Shown: positions 33,493 through 42,265 of the stretch, one piece after another
How the letters are laid out: each line of letters begins with the position of its first letter
Position numbering within the stretch: position 1 is the stretch's first letter
DNA from: Octopus bimaculoides
Taxonomy: Eukaryota
Reading direction: 5' to 3'
NCBI RefSeq assembly: GCF_001194135.2
Contig: NC_068987.1
Coordinates: forward strand, 84,630,030 to 84,672,294
DNA: 42,265 nucleotides
The notes under the pieces: generated by a model
The model's input: the letters and a program-made list of their open reading frames with translations, nothing else
What the model was told of the DNA's origin: nothing
The model's database searches: none
Made by a program: the position numbers and the translations under genes

Positions 33493-35073
33493 TGATTTAT
33501 GGGAAAAATAAGAAAATAAGTGAATATTTCTTTTATGACTACTGCGTGTTATATCTATAAAATTGTACATAGAGCATATAAAGTGTATATATTTCAATAC
33601 AAACACAATACAGTCTACGCTTTCAGGTTTTTGAGAGATAACATTTTTCAGAAATAACTCACTAGGCGTACTATTAATTGCGTGAAATATCCACGGATCC
33701 CGCTAGTATATATTACTGTAATTGTGAGTGTGTGTGTATACATATATATTCATATGTACATGTATTCTTATATAATTATATATATCTAAAATTATATGCG
33801 CGCGCGCGTGCGTTATCGTTGCTGGCAGTCGTACTGTTTACACAGGTTTTTTTTCTTCAATCTTTACTCAATGAGTCGTGTTTATTTGGAAGATGACCAA
33901 ATGGAAATTCTTTCTTCTCGATGAATTCGAAATAAAGATTTTAGCTTCATACGAACGTGTGTTCCGATAACATAAGTTAATAAAGAGCGTTTTTCTCTGC
34001 AGACTATATATTTGTCTCAACATTTTGATGTCACTGTCGCGTTAAAATGTCTCCTAGGGTCATCCCTGAAGGAAATTGCAATAATACAACAAAACAATAA
34101 AATTACTACTCTAAAACAAATTACATCATTGATCGAATACTATTATCAACATATGAATGAAGTTTCCATTGAAATCATGTTTTTTTCTCTGAACAGCTTA
34201 ACACATATCTGAAAGATAGCGTTGACAAGAGTCACATCAAAAACGCTCATTGCACACAAAAATATGTTGAACCGTTTCGTTTAGTAGCAATAGTGTAAAA
34301 ACAGTTAGTTTTGCCTTGGATATTAATCAGACGGTGATGGTAAACGTGACGAAGTTCCGAGAGAATTAATTAACTCTGAGAACTGTGTAAAATCAGACGG
34401 TCTCTCATTGATTTGTACAAGGTGTAATTCAGGAAAGAGCAGAGAAATAAATAATATATATATACGCTTAAGGAAGGAAGCTATTTCCTCCTTGTTGTTT
34501 CAACAGCAGATAGAAGTACTCTAGGACAAATTGGGAGATATTAGTTCCGTTGATGAGTTTAAGAACTCTGGTAATCTTTCCCATATTTTCACGACCAAAG
34601 ACGCAACCAAATATAAGCTGAAATGACTAGACATACTTTCAGTCATTAATCTGTGGTCTAATAATTGGTACGAAAGCCTACAAAGGGAAGGAGATGAATT
34701 TATGTTTGGTCGGCAGTTTTGAATCTGAGTTTGGACTGATGCTTAATATAACTCACAAGGGAAGTGACACGTAGTCGAGAGAGGTCAGGATGGATTTGAT
34801 AGTTCTTATGATAACGAAATCACAAGACCACACCAGGCCAGTGACCAGTTGAGAGACTAAAGGTGCAGGGGAAAGATCTGTGTGTGGGTTTGTATCTGTA
34901 TCTTCTAATAATATAATATAAAATAATATAATGTAAGGAAATGTTAGAATATTAAATGTCCATTTTGATTGAAGTAGTACTTTCATGCATTAAACTTTGC
35001 AATCTCCAGGTTCATGTAGCTATGGTGACAGTTATGTTTTACAATTTACAACTAAGTTTATATATATATACAT

Positions 35074-35265
35074 AGGTGCAGGAGTGGCTGTGTGGTAAGT
35101 AGCTTGCTTACCATCCACATGGTTCTAGGGTCAGTTCAACCGCTTGTCACTTTGGGCAAGTGTTTTCTACTATACCCTCGGGCCGACCAAAGCCTTGTCA
35201 GTGGATTTGGAAGAGGGAAACTGAAAGAAGCCAATCGTACATATGTATGTATATATATATATGTA

Positions 35266-35296
<31 letters not shown>

Positions 35297-35319
35297 ATAT
35301 ATATATATATATATATGTA

Positions 35320-35359
<40 letters not shown>

Positions 35360-35553
35360 TTATCCCCCCAACATCGCTTGACAACCGATGCTGGTGTGTT
35401 TACGTCCCTGTAACATAGCGGTTCGCCATAAGAGACCGATCGAATAAGTACTGGGCTTACAAAGAATACGTCCTGGGGTCGATTTACTCGATTAAAGGTG
35501 GTGCTCCAGCATGGCCGCAGTCAACTGACTGAAACAAGTAAAAGAGTAAAAGA
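35074..35553 (+). mobile_element. SINE family B, full length with internal (TA)n expansion
   Basis: aggtgcaggagtggctgtgtggtaagtagcttgc head, cacttTgggcaagtg domain, internal microsatellite, tail ending gactgaaacaagtaaaagagtaaaag. Confidence 0.93.
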
Positions 35554-36524
35554 TATATATGCATATGTATGTATGTATGTATACACTTACATACATACAT
35601 GCACACACACAAACATATACGAGAACGTACTATGTAAAAAATATATTGCTGGATACTAGTGCTGCACTAGGGACCAAAAGCAAGCTGTAACCAGTACCAG
35701 AATATCCTAGATGGAACGTGAAGTTATAATACCTCCTCGTTTTACAGTAATTAGCTACACGATCCTTGCTCCCTGAAAAAAAGATGTCACAATCAATTGG
35801 AGTCATTATCGTTATCTGTTTAAAAGCAACATAGCTTCTCTCGTTATGCGGGTAGTAGTAAAAAAGTGCATTCAGCATAATGAATATCTGGGCATTCTGT
35901 TACGAAAGGCAGCTTGCCGCACCTACTTTTTCCATCCCCGATACTCTTCATGTATATTTAACAGCTGAAAGACTTGGTCAGAGTCTTTGTATCGTGTAGA
36001 TGAATCAATTATGAAAGGCTGGCTTTTCATTTGGTCATTAAATCCCGATTCTCTCGTTCATTTGTTCTCTCATATCACAAAATCCGGAAATAATAAATTA
36101 TGATAATGATCATTTTGATGTGACTTTACTATAAATGAGCGAACGCCATCATATATAGAAAACGCATGGAACTCCTAATAAAGCTTGCTCTTTTCCTCTT
36201 TTCATATTATCTGAAAGTAAAATTCCTATTCCATTCATTAGCTATTTTTGTAATTCCGATATTTTAATTGTATCTGTATAAAATTCTTACTTCTGAACAA
36301 AGAAATCTACTTCGAGGAATACATGGATATGAAACATGATATATAAGGATATTCCTAGTGTGTTATGTTATTGATTACTTACTTAAAAGGATCATTGTAT
36401 AAAAGCGGACTTTCATTACATAACTTAGATAAATGAAACAAAACAAAACAAAACAAGAAACCGGTCTAAGCTCGTTATTAGGAAACCTTCCTTTTCATCG
36501 TCGCTTGTTTGAATTCATGTCTCA

Positions 36525-36683
36525 TATCTTTTATCTTTCACTAGTTGCAATCAGCGGAGTGTAGCCACACCGGAGCATTGCCATGAAGGTTTTACTTCAG
36601 AGAATCCAACCACCCACTCCCCCGTACTTATTTTTTATAGCTAAGTAGTTATTCTATCGGTCTCTTTTGCCGAACCTCTAAGT

Positions 36684-36718
<35 letters not shown>

Positions 36719-37173
36719 NNNNNNNNNNNNNNNNNNNNNNNNNNNNNNNNNNNNNNNNNNNNNNNNNNNNNNNNNNNNNNNNNNNNNNNNNNNNNNNNNN
36801 NNNNNNNNNNNNNNNNNNNNNNNNNNNNNNNNNNNNNNNNNNNNNNNNNNNNNNNNNNNNNNNNNNNNNNNNNNNNNNNNNNNNNNNNNNNNNNNNNNNN
36901 NNNNNNNNNNNNNNNNNNNNNNNNNNNNNNNNNNNNNNNNNNNNNNNNNNNNNNNNNNNNNNNNNNNNNNNNNNNNNNNNNNNNNNNNNNNNNGGGGGGG
37001 GGGCAAACACAGACACACAAAGACATATAAATACATATATACGACGGGCTTCTTTCAGTTTCCATCTACCAAATCCACTCACAATGGTTTGGTCGGCCCG
37101 AGGCTATAGTAGAAAACACTGAACCCGGAACCATGTGGTTGGTAAGCAAGCTACTTACCACACAGCCACTCCT
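36525..37173 (-). mobile_element. SINE family B spanning a gap, with internal deletions
   Basis: Head 37040-37173 (ccacacagccactcctg); tail 36525-36685 (ttctatcggtctcttttgccgaacc). Confidence 0.85.
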
Positions 37174-37177
37174 GTAT

Positions 37178-37345
37178 ATATATGGCGGGTTCTTTCAGTT
37201 TTCGCCAAGCAAATCCATTCACGATACTTCGATCGGTCCGGGGCTATAGTAGAAGACGCTTGCCCGAGTTACTACGCAGTGGCACTGAACCCGATATCAT
37301 GTGGTTAGAAAGGAAGCTTATTACTATGTAGCTACGCTAGAGCCT
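37178..37345 (-). mobile_element. Second, older SINE family B head in tandem
   Basis: ggcgggttctttcagttt...gggctatagtagaagacgcttgccc...actgaaccc...atgtggttag. Confidence 0.8.
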
Positions 37346-37929
37346 ATTCCAAATTTAATGCAAGGAACGTCATATTTCATAATTTGTGATGTCTTGGGCA
37401 AGTTTTTTAACTTAGTCTGCAACAATTATTTGCTTTGCTCATTTTATTCTGAATCAGAATTTTTTTTTTTATTGATTGTCAATATTCTTTAAAGCCCACG
37501 GCCCAAGAGAAATTAATTAAAAACTACTAAAATAGTTTTTAATCTGCTATAATGCTTTTCTTTAAACGTAAAACTTAATAAACTGTAAAACGATAAATAA
37601 TAAAATAAAATATAAGCAAAGTCTAAAAGAAAAAAAAACGTCAATGAATAGACAAGACACGTTTAGTCTTTTAGGTTTCTTCAATTCATACAACAGAGTA
37701 GTTGTTTATTTAAGATGTAATGCATATTTAAAGTGCAAAATATAAAACATCTTTGAATCAACACGGTTAAGTGTGTATATTATATAAAAGCATCTACAAA
37801 TACTTATATCTAATCTATTTTTCTTCAAATGCACTTAATGTCAAATGTTTTTGTCTCTTGTAAGATCAAATTTAGATAAAATGCTTTTTCAGTTCATCCT
37901 AATGGATTTTCAACGAAGTTAAATTGTAT

Positions 37930-38004
37930 TATTAATATTATTATTATTATTATTATTATTATCATCATCATCATTATCATCCACATCCCTTATCCTCATG
38001 TTCC

Positions 38005-38081
<77 letters not shown>
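37930..38081. repeat. (ATT)n/(ATC)n microsatellite
   Basis: Directly visible. Confidence 0.95.
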
Positions 38082-38083
<2 letters not shown>

Positions 38084-38374
38084 AATCATTTCCCAATCGC
38101 TAGCAATCCATCACATTTTCCATTTATTTCGCTGCTACAGCTTCTAATAGACTTTAGTAATGTGTGAGGATTTAACGATTGCTTTAATAATTCACCAATG
38201 GTTTACGGCACTTTGCTATTTACTTCAATTTCTGATAGTACTTTGTTTAATTTTCTCGCTCGTTATCGTCTTTTCCATACCTCTACATCTCTCTACTTTT
38301 GTCTATCTTTATTTCTCTTACTCATTACAACTCTGTTTCTCTAACTCCTTTTCAGTATGCCCCTCATTCCCCAT

Positions 38375-38388
38375 TCTCTCTCTCTCTC

Positions 38389-38445
<57 letters not shown>

Positions 38446-38465
38446 ATATATCTCTCTATCTATCT
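38375..38465. repeat. (CT)n/(CTAT)n microsatellite
   Basis: Directly visible. Confidence 0.95.
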
Positions 38466-38831
38466 CACTATTACTTTGCATCTCAACACATTCATTATCG
38501 GAAATATATTTACTAATACGATAAGATCGCAAATTATTGGTCAATCAATAATGTTAACAGGTGTGGCCGTATTACAGAACAAATATATAAAGCAAACAGC
38601 AACTGGTTCAAACACTAGCGAAATAGCTTTCCGGTTTGTATATAGTACTATGTTTTCCTACGCTCAAGATCAGTACATGCTCGTAGAGAATGAAAGAAAA
38701 AGAGAAATGAAACAAAAACCAGTAATATCTCCGGATCAAATCAATAATCACTATTCAAATATCAGCCAATATTGGATTTCTATTTCATTTGGTCGAATTT
38801 ATATACTGTCTCCTAAGACATCGTATTTCAG

Positions 38832-39002
38832 TGAAAGTGCGGTAGCTTAATGATTAAGGTGTTCGGCTCACGATCCTAAGGTCAGTAGTTGGATAACCAG
38901 CGGCACGTTGTGTCTCTGAGCAAGACTTTATTTCCTGTTGCCCCAGTCAATTCAACTGACAAAATTGAGTAGTACCTTGATTTCAAAGGCCTAGTTTTGT
39001 CA
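38832..39002 (+). mobile_element. tRNA-derived SINE (ttgtgtc.ctgagcaagac-type), 3'-truncated
   Basis: A-box-like gtagcttaatgattaaggtg, domain gttgtgtctctgagcaagactttatttc. Tail start ttcaaaggcctagttttgtca resembles 14721-14741 of family C. Confidence 0.65.
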
Positions 39003-39007
39003 TATAC

Positions 39008-39102
39008 GACCTCGGCGGAATTTGAACTCACAACGTAGCAGCAGATGAAATACCATCAAGCATTTCGCCCGGCGTGGTAACGTTTTTGCCACTCGCCGCC
39101 TT
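39008..39102 (-). mobile_element. SINE family A head, 3'-truncated
   Basis: Reverse complement aaggcggcgagtggcaaaaacgttaccacgccgggcgaaatgcttgatggtatttcatctgc...gagttcaaattccgccgaggtc. Confidence 0.9.
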
Positions 39103-39660
39103 TTAGTAGTACATTCGTCATCAGCATAGTTAGTAAGTGTAGCTGTCTGAATTACTGATGGCATGTCCGAAAGACCCGCCATAAACCACAGCAGCCTCAA
39201 GATTGTTCCCTGATGCACTCTACTCGTTATTACTATCTCCCTGGAGAGGATTCCATTTGCTGTCACAGTCCGGTTTCAGTCTTATAAAAAGTTATGTAAC
39301 CACTCTCCCGGTTTTCCGACAATTGCGGGTCTCATGATCTTATCAGAAGCCTTTGTAAAATCAAGATATTTATCACAGTCACGTTTGAGCGAGTCGCAAG
39401 TTGTTCCAACATTCGATTGAATAATGCTGCAGATGCTGTTTAACACAGCGTCTTCCTGCCCGGGAGTTGTCAGGCAGCAAATTATTATCTTCCAGGAACT
39501 CAATCGGTTTCCTTCTGACAATGCGTCCCATGACTTTTGTGACAAGTCTAAAATTTTTAGCATCTACTCTGCTAGTACATGTTTCTCAGATCCTATGTGT
39601 GGTAAAGCCAGTTCAGCTGCCTAACAATCTTCTGTGCTCTTTCCAAAAAAGACCGTTGTT
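39103..39660 (-). mobile_element. CR1/L2-clade LINE reverse transcriptase fragment, pseudogenised
   Basis: Minus strand across frames: KVMGRIVRRKPIEFLEDNNLL...YLDFTKASDKI...GKPGEWLHNFL...TSRVHQGTIL...LTNYADD (YADD at 39117-39128). Confidence 0.85.
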
Positions 39661-40049
39661 CCGTAGAGGGTGAGGGAGAGCGAGAGCGAGCGAGAAGGTG
39701 AGATATATAGAAAGAGATTAACCTGTAATGTAGCACCAGAAATGATTGTGAAATGGTTAGCATATTCGTTTGCTCTCCGCAGGAAATGTATTAAAATATT
39801 TAGTTATAGCACATTTTGGTCTGCGATTGAACTTCACCGTGTCGCTGTTGCCCTTCAGCATTCTTGGATTCACTCAGATATAATTATTCGCATATTGCTA
39901 CCGATAGAATCGAGTGCAGGTGGATGTACCTCAGCTCCAGTTGGTGTCCCGACCAGCGATATGGTAATAAGCTATTACCAAACGGTACACTGATACGCGT
40001 GCAGCACCCAAAATACTCGTTCGTATAACTTGGGATTTCTAAGATGTGG

Positions 40050-40390
40050 TTCAACTAGTGATTGGCCTAGGCCATGTCTAACTGAATAGCACCATCTGAT
40101 AGCCACCATTAAGTCATTTTCAAACCAAGCTTTGTGTTATCATGGCCCATTCAAGCAGGGAGTTGTTGTTAACTAAAAAATATAGAGACATGAGTGGCTT
40201 ATCTAGCACCCCTTGAAGAAATTTGCCCTGGTTTTGTTTGAAGGTGATGATATTTTTTCCTTCTTGGATTTGGTTTGCCATATTGTTGAAGAGAGCAGGG
40301 CCTGTAGAGGAAAAGGAATTGTATTTATGTGTATAAATTGTGTAGAGGAAGTATGACACGTGACCACATGCTTGGATCACTTCTGAATCT
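40050..40390 (-). mobile_element. CR1-clade LINE 3' end (ORF2 C-terminus + 3'UTR)
   Basis: KYNSFSSTGPALFNN...FKQNQGKFLQGVLDKP...NNNSLLEWA, typical of invertebrate CR1 C-termini, then ggtgctattcagttagacatggcctaggcc. Confidence 0.75.
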
Positions 40391-42082
40391 GATATTTAGC
40401 TCGTTTAGACAATATACGTATGCAATATATTTTCTATATTGTGCCATTGATGTAATGCTCATGGTGGAGCGTTACATCATTTTAATGCTTTAAGTTTTAA
40501 TGCTTTAAGCCGGTCTCAATAATCAAGATCAGTCATGCGTTTTATTCTTTTAGTGATTGCTCTCTGGGGTGACTCAATTTCGAAACTTAAGTCCCCAGAT
40601 TGAATGATCTAATGCATTTAGTTGAGTCTGAATCCGTGAATAATTGATAACTACTTGTCATGCATTGGTGTCACTTTATTTGACGGGAAATTATTCCATA
40701 AGGAGGCAATGTGAGAAATCGATATTTTTACAATATTTGGCTGTCGTTTGTGATTTTAAATAACTGTTAAATTTGATTGTAATGAAGGGTGATTTTGTCA
40801 TTTCCAATGAAGTAAATGTTCTTTATGAAGAACAACAGGCTACCATAAGCAAGGAAAAGCAAGTTGACAAGGTTAGGCATTAAGTTAAGAACACAAAGTT
40901 TGAGGGTCAATTTGTAAATAGGGATAGGACATTCATAGCGAATAAGAATTCAAATTCTGGTGTTAATTAACGGGACGTTTGTTTACCAATAGATTTGAAC
41001 GCTGCTAAACTTCAACTCTTCGATGTCTTAATGCCTAGAATAATTTAAGAACTTAAAGAAAACTTAGAGTAAATAAGTATCGTGTGAAAGGTAATCTGGC
41101 GAGTTTCGTAAGGAGGTATACAACGTGGTCTCAATGTGATTGTTTGGCATGCTAGAAATGACACTAAATCTCCCTCAAAGTATAGCTAAACATCTAGAAA
41201 ATACTGAATCACATACTGAAAAATGCAGTCTAAGAAATATATATACTTTGCGAGTGCAGAGACAGTGCAAGTTTGTTTGTTTTTCGCAATAAGTGTACTA
41301 GATCAGTGCTCATATGCTGTAGATCGACTACAACAATAGCCTGTGTATGTCTTAGATTAACTAAGACATACACAGGGTATTAACCGTTTAATACATCGTT
41401 ATGAGACATTCAGCTTCTAATGAGAGACTTCAGCTTTTATTTACTTCGTTCAATATTGGAACATACGAATTGCATATTTCATCGGCGGATAGAAACTAAG
41501 GTTGATCTTAAGAATATGTGAGAGGAGTTCGAAGAAAAACAGATGCTGTTTACTGGCAATCTTGTCCAAATTCATACAGCCTTCTCAAGAGAAAAAATAA
41601 AGTGAAATAAATAAATAAATGCTGAACTGACTTTCAATCATTTGTTAATATAATGACTTCGTATACATATCACTAGATTGATAATGGATACGAAACAAGA
41701 TTATCTGCTATGTACACTTGCCTCATCTTCATTAATTGTGTTACAGAAATCTGTTATGGAAACAGCAAGCTCACTACAATGCTTCTCGCAGCCCGGCAGG
41801 ACACGGCGTATTCATCCGCTTGATTTAAACGCGTATAGCAAAAGGAAAAGATAAGTGGCAAAGTATGGTCGAAATAATGCGTAGGAGCACAAAGGAAATA
41901 ATATAATGGCTTTACCGAATAGGAACAAATATCTGGATGCCTTAATGATTTATATTTCCTTTTTAAAAAAGAAACACTATTTAGATATGTTTCATAGAAG
42001 CAACTGTTTTGTTGAAAGAAGACATTCCGTAAAATGTACAATCAGCTACAATAAAGTTACGAAAAGTAACATAAATACAAAG

Positions 42083-42102
42083 TTAATAATAATAATATTA
42101 TT

Positions 42103-42160
<58 letters not shown>

Positions 42161-42205
42161 GCAATAATGATAATAATAATAATAATAGCAATAATGATAA
42201 TAATA
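42083..42205. repeat. (AAT)n microsatellite
   Basis: Directly visible. Explains the poly-Ile ORF 42046-42258. Confidence 0.96.
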
Positions 42206-42265
42206 GTGCTACAGCTCCAAACAAAAGAGGGACTTGTGAAAACGAAAGCCATCCCCATTAGAAGA

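Noticed and set aside
2785-37122. Long ORFs made mostly of X in the ORF track
   Set aside because: They are artefacts of N-gaps, which contain no stop codons.
307-42258. HTHT/CVCV/YIYI/poly-Ile/poly-Leu ORFs
   Set aside because: They are translations of dinucleotide and trinucleotide microsatellites.

Overview
Eukaryotic, AT-rich, repeat-dense DNA from a gapped draft assembly. Many N-gaps are flanked by (TA)n. It is almost certainly cephalopod (Octopus-type SINE families, recognised from memory rather than a database search). No host gene can be named; one good exon candidate lies at 17022-17122 (+). The window holds several tRNA-derived SINE families, relics of RTE, CR1, L1/Tx1, RLE-type and Penelope-like retroelements, Tc1/mariner relics, hAT and pogo-like MITEs, and microsatellites. 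Two structures stand out. (1) A 553-bp element at 6024-6576 with an 11-bp target-site duplication (TSD): tRNA-like Pol III head, (AAT)n, then a Penelope-type tail carrying a minimal hammerhead ribozyme motif, preceded by an inverted copy of that tail. It looks like a ribozyme-bearing, Penelope-mobilised SINE. (2) An ORF1-only 'half-Tx1' element inserted inside a SINE head, followed by a head-to-tail SINE array whose Tx1-like tails join the same two positions of that head. This suggests a SINE-targeting retrotransposition system. A near-perfect 263-bp palindrome, a long-TIR mariner derivative and a 5'-inverted RTE copy are also present.
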